In this document: positions 12,037 through 25,009 of the stretch, piece by piece | Position numbering within the stretch: position 1 is the first letter of the stretch | Layout: every line of letters begins with the position of its first letter | Origin: Oikopleura dioica | Lineage: Eukaryota; Animalia; Chordata | Assembly (NCBI GenBank): GCA_907165135.1 | Contig: OU015569.1 | Coordinates: 2,914,001 to 2,978,000, forward strand | Reading direction: 5' to 3' | DNA: 64,000 nt | The notes under the pieces: model-generated | Database searches by the model: none | Told to the model about the DNA's origin: nothing | Seen by the model: only the letters and a program-made list of their open reading frames with translations | Translations under genes and position numbers: made by a program

Positions 12037-13925
12037 ATGCGCACGCGGGAGTTCACTGGGCCCACGCCCCACTCAGTGGCTTTGATGGTAACTTTCACTT
12101 TTCTCTCTCAACTTTGCACTAACACTGTTTCCGCAGTTTAGAAGCAATTCAAACAAACCGCGGGATTATGTTATCCAAGAACGGCAGCGAACAGCTCTCC
12201 AGGTAAGCGTTCTCTCCAGGTAACTCGTCCTTTTGCTCATGCCCGTCTTTTAGAACCAACGTCAAGATGCGATGAACCAGAAGATGACCCAACTCACCTT
12301 CGATTTGAAGAACGAGTGGGAGAAGAAAACCGACAACGCCATCCGTGTAAGTTGCCATTTTCTGAGATAAAAATCATCTGACCCATTCATTTAGCGACGA
12401 AACATTCAAAACAGAGTCAATGCGAAGCTATTTGAGCATGAACTTGCTCTTGAAGAACGCAAAAATCGCCTAAGCGATATTTTGACGGAGGAAGAGTCGA
12501 ACTTTGACAAGGAACTTCAAGACCATCTGAATGGAGAAACAAAAGTTGAGAAGCTCGCACGCATGCGAGCGCGCGCCAAGGAACTCGCCGAAAAGCGAGA
12601 AGCCGAAAGACTCAAAATTGTGGAAGAGAAAGAAGAACAACGATGGCGAGGAGAATGCGAAGGTAAACTTGCCTGACAGTGAGCTGACGCAGAGATGAGT
12701 GATTCTTTAGAACTGCGCGAAGTGATGTCCCGCCGACACCAAGACGAAGTCTGCACAGCGCGCAAGCACCAGATTCAAATCAAAGCGCAGCTCCACAAGG
12801 ACCACCTCGAAGAAGAAAAGCTTTACACTCGTCTGTGGCGCGAAGACGAGCTCGTCAAGCTTCACCGCGAGGAAACAGAAGCGATGCAGCATCACCAGGC
12901 GAACCAGCAAAACGTCGCCATCCTCAATAAACAGGTCGCGTTCAAGCTCGAAAGGCAGCGAGAAGCCGATAGAGAGAAAGAACGCGAATTCCAAGAGCTC
13001 GAAGAAGAAAGAAAACAACGTCGAGAGGTATCAAATTCAGAAGATGTTTATATATACTCGTTAATTTCAGGAAGACGAAGCTAAATACATCGAAATGCTG
13101 CACAAGCGACAAAACTTCAAAGAAGAGCTTCTCCACCATCGAGACATCCGCGCAAAGCGAGACGAGCGCAAGAGAAAAGAAGAAATGAAACTCGACGCTA
13201 AGATCGTCCGAGAAGCCTCCAAAGCGCTTGGTGAAATCAGAGCTTTGACTTTCAATCTTTACCTTCATTTTAGATGACGAAAATCATTTCGCGGCTGAGC
13301 TCCGCGACCAGAGAATCTCATATGAGAAGGAGTACCGCGAATATCTTCGACAACTTCGACAAGAGGAGGTATAAATAATCCTTAATAAGGACCGATTGAA
13401 TTTTGAATCTTACAGGCTGAGCGAGAAGCTGAAATCGACCGACTTTACATCGAGGACCAACGCCGGGAGTGGGAAATGAAGTCGGCCAAGCAACGAGATC
13501 AGGTTTTTAAATTTCTTGTTACCAAATACTCAACGTTTTAAGAACGCCGCTCGCTCGAAACTCCTGAGCGAAGTGATGCAAATACGGGAACAGCAGCTCA
13601 ACCACAAGGCTGCAGTGAGGAGAGAAGAAATCGAAGCTAAGCGGGAAGAGCGCGGCCGTGTTATCGCCGATGTCGAAGCCTTCAAAAAAGAAGAAATCGA
13701 AAGAAAAGAGAGAATTTCAGAACAAAACCGCTATTTCAAGAACTACCAAATGGAGCAGGCAGAGCGTCTTCGCGAAGTTAAACAGGTCTGTTGCCATAAG
13801 CCAGCTCATTAATTAGTTCCTAATTCTAGGCTGAAGCTGAACAAGTTGAGAGGGACCACGCAGAAGAGCTCGCACGGATCGCTGCCAATCACGAGCGCGT
13901 CCGTAGAGCAGTCGAAAAGCTCTAA
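12037..13925 (+). CDS. CFAP53: Cilia- and flagella-associated protein 53 (CCDC11; TPH coiled-coil family)
   Basis: MRTREFTGPTPHSVAL resembles human REVKGPTPKVV. Also EERKNRLSDIL, EKLARMRARAKEL and LYTRLWREDEL. About 10 short introns. Confidence 0.88.
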
Positions 13926-14195
13926 ACCATCAAACATTGAATATTTTCCTATTTTAATACATTCTATTTTCATAAAAAATGCTATCAGTTCAAAATTGTA
14001 GTCATGCTTTATCCATGAAGATAATTGAGCATGAAAGCCAAAATTGTATTGTTTTAAGATCCTGACTTAGGCAAAGAAATGAAAAAACGGAACATTGACC
14101 GACCCCCTACTCAGGAACGAGTCTTATATTATTAATTGCATCAGACGTTAGATTGAAAAGTCAATTTATTTTCAAACGTACTTAATGAAAACTGT

Positions 14196-15600
14196 ATGAG
14201 CCTCGATTCAAAGAATCTGGACAATTATCAGCGCATAGAAAAGGTCGGAGAGGGAACCTATGGCGTCGTTTACAAGTCAAAGTATAAGCTCACTGATCAA
14301 TTAGTCGCGCTCAAGAAGATCAGACTCGAAGGAGAAGAAGATGGTGTTCCCGCAACAAGGTAAGTCCATTTTATCTTTTCTTTATTTATTCAACGATGAT
14401 TCCTTCTCAAGTATTCGAGAAATATGCACGTTGAAAGAACTCCAGCATCCGAACATCGTCAAGCTCATCGATGTTATTTTGGACACTACGAAAGTTTATT
14501 TGGTCTTTGAGTACTTGTACATGGATCTCAAGAGATACATTGACGAGCAAAAGACAGAAAAGACAAGAATGGACATGGGACTCACTACAAGCTACGCTTA
14601 CCAAGTCTGCCAGGTATAACTTATAGTTTTTGGCGGTTTTTTGACAGTTCTTCTAGGCAATGGACTTTTGCCACTCGCGGCGAATCATTCATCGTGATAT
14701 GAAGCCACAGAATCTGTTGATTGACAGAGGAGGACTCATAAAAATCGCCGATTTCGGCCTTGCGCGGGCATACAAGATCCCTTTCCGGCCACTGACACAT
14801 GAAGTGATAACGATGTGGTACCGAGCTCCTGAGATTATGCTCGGAAAGGCCATCTACAGCTGCCCAGTAGACTGCTGGTCCGTCGGCGCTATTATCGGTA
14901 AGCTATGCGGTAGGGATTCTCACGGAAAAACAAATTGTACTCAATTTTCGTGAAACTTTCACTCTAGATGTAATTTTTTCCGCTGATTCTAAATATGCAA
15001 AAATCAGCCTATGCGAAAAATATTTGCCCATTGCCAAAGAATATCAATTCTTGACCATCGAGTCTCTATTACCGTATTCAGCGGAAATGCTTACGAACGT
15101 CGCGATTTTCGCTGGCGACTCTGAAATCGACCAGCTCTTTAAAATCTTCCGTGTTCTCGGAACACCGACAGAAGACACCTGGCCAGGGGTCTCCCAACTT
15201 TCAGGTATTGTGTCCTCTTCTAGCATCACTTTCTGACCTGATTAATTAGAGAACAATTTAGAATTCAATCTAAACTTCCCTATCTTTCCTCGTGGCGAGT
15301 GGCCTAATCCGCAACGCTTTAAAATTCCTGCAGCAGCTGTCGATCTTGTTCACAAATTCCTCGATTTCGATCCTGCGAAAAGACTGACTGCAAAGGAGGC
15401 TCTCGACCATCCTTTTTTCGACAGGTTAGTTCAAGTACGAAATTGGAGCAAGAGTTGAGCATGTTATTTCCAGGCTAAACAAAACCCTGTTTCCGGGCAA
15501 TAAAGTCCCGGCAGTCCCTTACTACGACGAGGAAGCGTCGAAAGCCGCAGCAATCCTTAACCTCCCCCTTCCCGAATGGAAAGAGAACCAAGCCGCCTAA
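14196..15600 (+). CDS. CDK1: Cyclin-dependent kinase 1 paralogue with PATSIRE helix and C-terminal extension
   Basis: [68 protein letters not shown]. Six GT-AG introns, the first at 14360-14411. Confidence 0.9.
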
Positions 15601-16463
15601 CTGCCCTGTATCACTGAAACACTCCAATACTGTACCATTCCACTAGTCACACAAAACCGTGCTTGTGTGTCTTTTTGCTCTAGCGTGTTCCCCGTTGGGA
15701 GAAACTAACATGTCTTGCGAGTGGTTCCTTTAGCCAAAACCACAAATAACTGAAAAACAATAAAATATATCTTCCATGATTTCCATTCTCTATTGGAGAA
15801 AATCTCTACTTCAATAGTGTTCTCAGTGTAATCTCTCGCAGTTTCTTTTGACGCTAATTTCTACGCATACGGAATCACGCAGTGCAAATGCGCTCAATTA
15901 TTTTGGGTGATAAGGGCGAGTTGCTTTGGCCAGGGGCTCTCTGGTGCATCGTCTTACAGCCGCTTTCTGAGCAGGTTTAGGGCAGAAAAATCTTTTTGTC
16001 GGATTTTTCCGGCTGTTATCGTTGTCCTGATAAGCTAAAAGTCGATGATATTTGAACCAAAGAGCTCAAAGTTATAAGAGATATGTCGAAAGGGCTTGGC
16101 GAGTGGCTAGAGCCGCTGCCGAAGCTTGAACAGTTCCGACTATTTGCATGTTTCGGACCTAAATTTGGCGTTGAAGAAGGACTCAGAATTGCTTCATGGA
16201 GACTCTCGGTAAAGTCAAAAATTGATATAAGTTTACGAAACACTACGTTCCTCTAGTGCATAAAACATGACTGTAATGAATATTTTTGATTGTTTTCCTT
16301 GGGTGATACTTTCAATTTGCCCGTTCAATAATTCAAGTAAATATTTTCTAAATATATTTTTCTAAAAAAATCGCAAATGGATTGTGTTACTTGAACGTAG
16401 TAGAATTATTTTTCTTTTGGATTGGAAATCAAAATTTAGATTCTTTCGTTCACAAGGCTTTTG

Positions 16464-18403
16464 ATGCTTTCTTCTTGGGGAATGATGTCGATCAATTTCC
16501 AAAAGAAGAACATGAGACTCGCTGGAATCTGGATTGAGTTTACACTTCTCGTTATTCTTATCGTTTTATCGATAGTAATGATGCTCGTGGCTCTCAAGGT
16601 AAGTAGTATCACCAGGATTATTCGAGTGTCTATATCCTTTTCCTAGTTACCACGTCGATACCTGGCCCCAAGCATCATACTTATCCCTTTTCTGATACTA
16701 ATTGATTTCGCTGTCAAGGTACTCAAATGCTTTCATGAATGTTCCTTATTTTATTTCAGGCAACTTGTTATGAAAGCGTCTTTTTCAATCCAACATCAGC
16801 CTTTGGAGTGATCTCTCTCGTCGAATTCTGGATAAGATACGTTCTTCTGGTAATATAAAGCCATGTCAAAAACGCACTCTATTAATTTCTTCAGTTTCAA
16901 ACATGGACCCTTCTACTAACAGCAATACGACGGCCTGCATTCGATCACTCGGATAGCGTTTATAATTCCTCGGGCTCTACGTTTTATCGTGCAGGAGCTT
17001 CAGCATCAGCCAACGGATCTTCCATCGCCCGCTCAAACAGTAGCAAGTGGGAGAAACCGCCTTTCAAGAAGATCGTGCGGAGAGCTGCTTCTGTTCCCCC
17101 TGGATTGAGCCAGATTTCTGAACGAGGAACGGAAGAGGACGGCTTCCATCAGCGGTCGCGTTCGACGCGCACGAAGCGCTCAATCAATTCCCAAATGACC
17201 GCCTCGGAAATTCAGCAATCAGAGCAGCAATCGTACAACAAAATATCCCTTGAGGTGAGGCACACGCACGTGTTTGAGGTTAAATCAAATCTGTGTAGGA
17301 TTACAATGATCGATCCAGCGCAGACAGAACGCGGCGCTCCATGAACTCAGAAGTCTCCAACAACAATTACTCGAACATCTCATCGAAACACTCGTACTCG
17401 AATCGTTCAAATCGAGTGGAAAGGAGGGAAATGAGGTACTGAGTAAATTCAATGTCATTTTTACAAGACACCGTTCATTAGGAACTCTTACGACACAAAC
17501 AGCTTCATACAGCATGAAGAAGAGTTGGCTATGGAACAAGAGATGGAATCGGAACCGAGTGCGCCTCCTCCACCTAGAACGAGACCACTCTGGCACGAGC
17601 CTGTTCAAAAGTCAAAGGAGCCTCAACAAAATGGTTACAGTGTTCCCGCCCGCCAGACAAGCACCAATTCTTCAATTAACAAATTTCGATCCAACTGGCA
17701 AGGTGCCACCAACTGGAAATCCCTCCGAGAGGTACTAATCATTTTAATATTTTCAAAACTGAGATTTCTTTCTAGCCCGTTAGTCGTCTAAACAGCGATT
17801 TGAGTGAGATGACACAGTATTCGATGAATGGTATGCCACGAAACCGCCACGAGTCGCAGCTTATTTAAGAGGCGGATCGGGCGCTCTACTGCGCGAATTC
17901 GTTGTTTCCTCATTCCAATCTACTTTCAAATTCCTCGCCTGTATAGAAAATAAATTCCGTTAAAAATTTACACGAGTTTGATGGAATTTGCAAACATAGA
18001 GGAGAGCATAATATCGTTACGTTTCCGATATCAAAATATGAGCACGCAGATTCAACCCTCTAGCAATTGAACACCTTGAAGCACTGCTATCTTATCCTGC
18101 TCTTGCTGAAACGAAAGAAGTAGTGAAAATATTAAGTGAATAGATCCTTGTTTTTGGTCTTATTTTTTTGCATTTTCGGACGCTGACGAATACATAGATC
18201 TGATCTCCAGGGTGAAAAAAAATCTTCGAACAGTTGTTAACAAAGATAATAATTGGGATAATTTTCAGCACTGGATGTCGTTCGTCAGTATATATAATAT
18301 ATATATATATAATATAAGGTCACCGAACGTTGAATTGGGGGGTTACAGAAGGACCTCCCCGGAGGCTTGTACGGTGCCATTTAAACAATACGTAAGTAGA
18401 TAG
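16464..18403 (+). CDS. Uncharacterised multi-exon protein: 2-3 N-terminal hydrophobic segments, S/R-rich middle, globular C-terminus
   Basis: IWIEFTLLVILIVLSIVMMLVALK and YLAPSIILIPFLILIDFAV exons. ORFs 17075-17344, 17525-17791 and 18212-18403 are flanked by GT/AG sites. Boundaries approximate. Confidence 0.45.
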
Positions 18404-19318
18404 ACACGTTTTTTTCAGACAGAGGTATTATAAATGGGACAGATGAGGCGTTGCTTTATGATTCGGTGTGTATTTAGCCACACTGCCAAGAACACTTGGC
18501 CGACATAACGCCACCCTATAGCTGATAGGTTCAAACTCAACTATTTGTGCGATAATTAGTTACAGAAGACACTTTTGAACAAAAAGAATTTTGCGTTCAC
18601 TGCAGCATCGTTTCACGAATAGGTGATAAAACTCGGTTGGTGCATACAAACGGACACACAATAGATGTGAGCGAGATAGTAGGGCGCCTGCTAGCAAAAG
18701 CGCACCATAAGATGATTTGGAGCAATTATTGCACATATGGTTGACTTGCTGGGAGACTTTTAGAGATAAAGCCCGATAGCGAGGGATTTACGAGATCATA
18801 ACTACAGAATGTGAATTAAATCGACTTAATCCCTCGATTTTATGGAGAAACGCTCAGCAATCCTAGTCGATCGAAAATATTGGACCAAGACTAGCGATCT
18901 CGGGCAATAACATCGACCAGAAAAGTTGTGCAGTTAGAGTCCATGCTTCAGTTGACCGAAGTCGCACGCTATCGAGCCAGGTCTCCGTCGGTTGAAAGAA
19001 AAATGAAAAGGTAGCACCCGGTAAGTTGGTGGATAACACGTCATCTATTGATGGTTCTAGAATAGGCTGTGGAGCTTACATTGACATATCATATTAAAGT
19101 TCTCAGAAACCGTAAAATTTGCATCGTGGCTTTTCTCAAATCGCCGCAATGAAATATTTCGTAATCGATTTTCTGGTGATTGAGTATGATCTAGCAATAC
19201 GAAAAATCCACGATTAGTTAGTCGCTGAAGATGGCACTATGAACGACATGTGTGTTCAGGTGTCGATGAGAGTAAGGGAGTTAAGTTCGTTTTGTTTCGG
19301 GCGTACGATGATGTTCTC

Positions 19319-22300
19319 TCAAAACTTGAGCGTGACGACGTCATCGGTACTGAACGGCGTGCGACATGTGTGGAACGGACATCGTGGAGGCTCATTATCG
19401 TCACTGAACACAAGCATGTTACTCGACCACCGCTCGTAAATATGATAGCAATGGAAATAGCAACGTTCTCACTCTGTAAAAGCGCACGCGCTGCCGGAGT
19501 TCACAAGACTACTCCACTAGATCGATAGTGGATCTCACTTACCCCGATTGCGCGAGGGAGAGCTGCTGCTGAACGCATTTCGTGCAACAGATATGGCCGC
19601 ATTTTCTGAACGTGCATCTGTTGCTCGCATCGACATTGTCTCTTTCTTCAGAATAAGGGAAGCAGCAGATGGCGCACGTCTCGATGCGCTGTGCTCGTTC
19701 TCTGATGCTTTGGTTCTTTTGCTGAAGGTCGTCGAATTGCTGGCGCATGTCGGCGTTCTGCCGCGTGAGATCTTGGACAGTTCGTTCCAGCTCTTCCAAG
19801 CGGTCCAGATTTTCGCGTTGACATCGGCTGCAGGTGCATAAACCGCTCGAGTTCGGACTTACAACGATATGGCCAGACTCAGACACAGTTCTTGGCAGCG
19901 CGTTTTCGAGCTCGCCCATTCGCCACAGTCGACATCGAGGTGACATTGGTTCGCGGTGAACTGTGCCCGGCATAATAGAGCCAGATACAGGGCTCATAGG
20001 CAAACATCTACTTGCTACTTCTGCGCTCACAAATTGCTTGACATGAATAAAATTCTCCTTCCTGCTTCCCGTGTGGAGGCACTTGTAAGCGAAAGTGTCA
20101 TATTCAAACTTGATAAAAGATAAAAAAACGCAAGATTTTTGTGAGCGGTGCCTTGCGTGATATCATCAGTTGAGGTTTGTGCATCATGTTGTGCATGTTG
20201 TGGCGTGGGAGGCGGCGGAGGAGGATGAAGCGCGTTGGTGAGAGCTAGAGCGTTTTTGGACTTTGATGATGACGCCATGTTGGAAGGGGCTCGAGAGGTA
20301 CTGGGGATCGGGGTTGTTTGAGCAGGCATGGGTTGATGCGTAAGTTGGGGAGAGTGTGGGTGGATAGGAACAAAAGCGTGAACTGGCGAGGTAACACCGC
20401 CTGGGCTGTAGCTTGAGGTGGACAAGGAGTACAAGTCTTGTGTAGACGATCTGTGCTGCCTGGGAGGACGGCGAGGTTCATACGGGCTGAAACGAGCAGA
20501 ATTGGTGCTTGTGCTACTGTTGCCCCCGACGCTATGCCGGGAGCTGACACAATCGGGTACTGCAAAGTGGCGAAAGGCTGAGCCAGACTCGGGCGTCCCC
20601 GGCAGATCATCCAAGCTCAACTTCTCGGAGAAGCCTAAGTCTGGATTTCCAATTTCCACTTTTGTACTTGAGTATATCGATGCTGGAAAAGGAAAACCAT
20701 TCCTGATGATGTCTGCGGTGAGAGCAGCGAGTCCGTGTCCGAGTTGACGTCGGATCCAGTAAAATGATGGTGTGCCGCTACGGGACGTATAAGACTGATT
20801 ATCTGACTCCGCAGCTCGGGGTCAATTTTCTTTCGCTCAGAAATATAGTAGAGCGCCGTCTTATCTGCATCATCTCGAGCAGACACCTCCACACCTTCGT
20901 TGATGAGAAACTCGAAAGCACTAACAAGGAAAACGGGATCGCAGGAGGCAGCGACAAGGTGAAGTGCGCTTTCTTGCTTCGCGGTTTTCATGTGCAGGTT
21001 GGCGCCGAGGTCCTTTAGAACATGAAAAGCTGATAGAGGGTTCTTTCGATGTTCTAAATACGATTTCTAACTCATAAATAGAGCATAGGATGGTGCTGGG
21101 CAAGTGTTTCTAGCGCAACCCATCAAACATAGTGAGCTCTTTTTGGGAAAGTTTTTTTGGTACTTGTCAGCTCACACAGGTGGTATGACAGGAGATGTCG
21201 CTTTTTGTGACCGCGAAGGGTGAGTCCAAACTACTTCTTGATCCTGACCACAATGTTGTTTTAAGAAATGAGTACCTTGAAACGAAACACATTTCTCACT
21301 TTCCCGGTTGAATTCGTACGAAAACTTACTCGCCAATTTGGCGATTTGTTTAAGCCACTTTTAGCGAGGGAAAGAGAAAAAAAGAAGCGCGCCAAGTTTG
21401 GATGCAGACAGATTAAAATTAAGTGGAACAAATTTTATGATGCTTTGGTTAACCTTTTTTGCATTAACACGGGAACCGTCTTCCCCGTATAATAGAATAA
21501 AAAGCAACTAGCCAGCGGTTGGTGTTAGAAGACATTCAGAACATTCCTTTCTCAAGCAAGCAACGTGGAAAACAGTTTCTCCAATTCGGTCGCGCAGGTC
21601 TACCAGACAGCCTGATGATTTCAAAAATCGCGCTGCTTCGCGTAACCGAAAGTCATCGGTAGGGCAGTTTTTCCAAAAGAGGTAGTGCAGTGGGGACATA
21701 CCTGCCTAAAATTCAAGTAAATTGACGCCATATTCACAGAGCGCAGAGGGTTTCCATGCTTTAGACAAGTGACTAGGGAAAGACGCCTTAGCCGGTGGGT
21801 AATTCGGTAATAGTCAATTGATTTAGTTAAATTTGGACCGCTAAAATGATTACCGACGCTGCATGCAACCGCTTGTCCAGAAAGGCTTCAGTCGGAAGGT
21901 TGCGACAGACGACAAAAACAAAATGCAAATTTGACCCTCGACTCGGCTCGATATTATCAGGAGCAACGTGGCTCACGAGAGACAGTAATGCAGCGAGTAA
22001 GAAATAAACGGGCTTGCAAATAATTGAAACTGGGCATGATGGAAACGCTGCGGGGGCTTATCACTCGCTCTGTTGGAATAATGCTCGAGACGTTGGAAAT
22101 GTTGCGGTTAAATTTGACATTTGTCGGCAACCAAAATTATCGGAGAATACACGGCTAGTCGGTAGCGCTAGAATTTCAGCCACAGTACGCACGCAGGTAA
22201 TGAGCGTCGCTCTGTGTGTGTGTGTGATGCGCGCTGAGCTGGTGTTATATTGTTGCATGCACGTATACGTTCATGGCTAGGTGGGGCAATGTTTAAAAAC

Positions 22301-22786
22301 GAAAATCTAAAGCAGGCAAATTCTAATCGGCATGAAATTAGGCGATCAAGCGACACGTCGGCCATCGCCCTCTCGACGATTTTGCGCTGCTAGTTTGAGT
22401 TCCTTTTTTACAGAAACACTTTTCTTTTCGAGATAGCAGAAGAATTGCAGCGTTACCTTATTAACGGATTTGAGAGGACAGCCGAGATCGCGCAGCGTTT
22501 TCAGCACGGGCGTCGGGTCCGAGGCCTGCGCCGCCCAATGTGCTAGAGAGCTTCCTTGCGAATCGACCATGTCCGGGCGCAGAATCGCCGTCGACGACCC
22601 GCCAGCGGAGCGACTGAACACATGGCGCTGCAAAAGCCCGCAGACGCTGCGCACACATCCAAAGTCTTTCACAATTGCCTTGAGGAGGATAAACTTACGA
22701 CTAGCTGGCGCCTCCCGAAATGCATCTGACTGTAGTATACGCCTGAAAGATACTCTCAACTTAAAATCAAAGAACTTTGAAGTCAT
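19319..22786 (-). CDS. Ankyrin-repeat protein with S/P-rich linker, coiled coil and C-terminal C3HC4 RING finger (putative E3 ligase)
   Basis: Ankyrin motifs GSSLAHWAA, MSPLHY, GETVFHVAC, ESALHL and KTALYY. RING is CAIC...CGHICCTKC, then after intron 19404-19542 CPFHTC. Stop at 19319. Confidence 0.8.
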
Positions 22787-25009
22787 GAAAGATTAACAGA
22801 AAGGGAAAGAAGAGAAAGAGAGAGAGAGAAAATTGAGTTGAGGAGGAGGGCGCAGAATTCGCGAGCTCGAGCTTCCGTTTTCCACGATCGCAAAAAATGT
22901 TAATGATCATAATGAACCATAGATGTCATAAAAATGAGTTCATCAATCTTAAGTGCTTTCGGGGGCTGCAATTTTAGAGCTCAAGCTCTCTTTTCAGTGA
23001 AAATGAATGACCGTAATTTGATTTACTGCATTCTTCTTAAGAAAAAAGTCGCACAAAAACGCTGCCTTACTGAAATTATTTAACTTTAAAAGCGTCTACA
23101 AATGATACCATTCTTCAAACTCAACCATCATAATCCGTTTTGTCATTAATATAAATTGCGTTAAATACACGAGTAATTTAGCAGCATTAACGAGCATTGC
23201 GTCCGTCGCAAAAAAATGAGCGTCTTCGAAAAAGAGAGAGAGAGGGACGCCATAAAATGTAACTATTGGTAGTATAGTTAGTAGTAAAAACTTTGAGATA
23301 CTAATAGTTGAACGTGGTGACGAGCAAACACATATTTCGTGTTGTTTTCAAGCAAAAGACCTAGGGCGAACGATGTTTTTAAGCTCAATTGATGAGGGGA
23401 ACAATAGATCGATACTACGCCTCCTCAACTTTTTTTTTTCAATTTAGCCTCCTTCCATCATTGATGAAATAGGACGAACCTGATCGTATGGACATCGTTA
23501 TTTCGCGCGTACTCGACTGACTTTGTGGTAAAACTCCATGGGTCGTATCTACCGTTGACCTGCCGCCTATCTACCATGAATCATCGTTCAGCGATATCAA
23601 GGACTGGTTAGGTTTCTTCTGGTTAGAGTTTTTCGTGTTCTTTCTTCTGGCTTCCCACGCAGGAATTAAATCTCTTTATTTTTTCCGCTTCTTTCTGGAA
23701 GAATATCTCTCTCGGCGAGTGAGTATTTTGAGTGGTGGATAATGTGGCCTTGAAAAAATCGAATGTTGGTGTTTTTTCGCGCTGAGTTCTTCTCGCAGTC
23801 TCTCTCTTTTTTTCGGATTATTCTCTCTTGCTTTGGTAGGGCGAAGTTTTGATGCTGGCCGTACGTGAGTTGGGGCTTGGTCTTTTGTGTATTGGTGTTG
23901 TTATATGTGTCTGTGCGAGTATGTGTGTGGAAGAAAACGCGCGGATCTAGCAACGGACGAGCGGGTTTAGCTGCTCAGCGGGCCGCTGTGGCGGGTGAAT
24001 AGCCCGAGAGCCGAGTGAAGGGGAGAGCTCAGTGTAAGAGGCGCTACAGAGTCCCCGTTTCAAAACGGGAAAGACGCGAGAAAGCGAAATTGACCCGGTT
24101 GAGGGCAAGATCGCCGCGCCTCAGTCACCGAAGAATCCCCAGTCACCAGATAAAACCACTCAAGAGCCCCTGCTGCAAGCCCCACACACATAGTGTACTC
24201 ATCGTTGTCTCCAGCCGAGGCACTCTGGTAGCGTGGGCTCCACACTGAGACACGCTGGGCCCACTGCCAATGTCAATTATGAGTAAATATTTAAATGATG
24301 GATTTGGTTGGGTGCGCGTGCGCATTTGCGCACATGGAATGCTCGCCCGCGAATTCAGCGACCAGAGGAACCACGAATTAGAGACTCGACCCAAGCAAAC
24401 AAAGCATGGCAAGACGCTACTACTTTTTGGCAAGACGACTACTCGCGCGGGGCGCTCGCGATAGCCGATATACTCCAATCCAACGACGTGCACCACACCT
24501 AACTTGCCACCGTACATTGCACAGAGCTTTGACTTACTAGGATAAAACAATCCACAACGTGCACAGGCCGAACGTGGACACACTGGTTGATTAGATTTTG
24601 ACCATTCTCAGGAAGAGCACGTTGAAAGACGCCGTCGAAAGAAAAAGAATGCTTTATCGAAGTCGCGCTGCTCGTCCTAAATCTACTGTTGCGGTTGACA
24701 CTTGCTATAGAAATTTTTCAAGAAGAGTCGAGAGGACGAAATTTCCGAAGGCATAGAATGACAGTGGATTAAAGACACGAACGTCGACTATTCAGTGGGC
24801 CACCCTTAAGGCGCCGCACTGCACCACTTTTTCACCACACCGCCTCCTGCTGATCGTTATTGGCGAGGGAGTGAACGCCTACCCTGATCATCTTTGGATT
24901 ACAGCTGAGCATGACAAAAACTTCAAGTTGAAAAACTGTAGTATTCAATCTTCGAACAATGATTTTCATGAAATACATTTTCGCGGCTTGATTAATTTGC
25001 AATTTCAAC

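Noticed and set aside
14907-15074. Possible MITE in a CDK1 intron (CGGTA...TACCG ends)
   Set aside because: Only about 5 terminal bases pair convincingly, and the flanks do not give a matching TSD.
16016-16257. Small ORFs on either strand between CDK1 and the membrane-protein gene
   Set aside because: They are under 80 aa, with no homology or splice support.
18286-18315. (TA)n-like tract, and (TG)n near 22213
   Set aside because: Ordinary short microsatellites.
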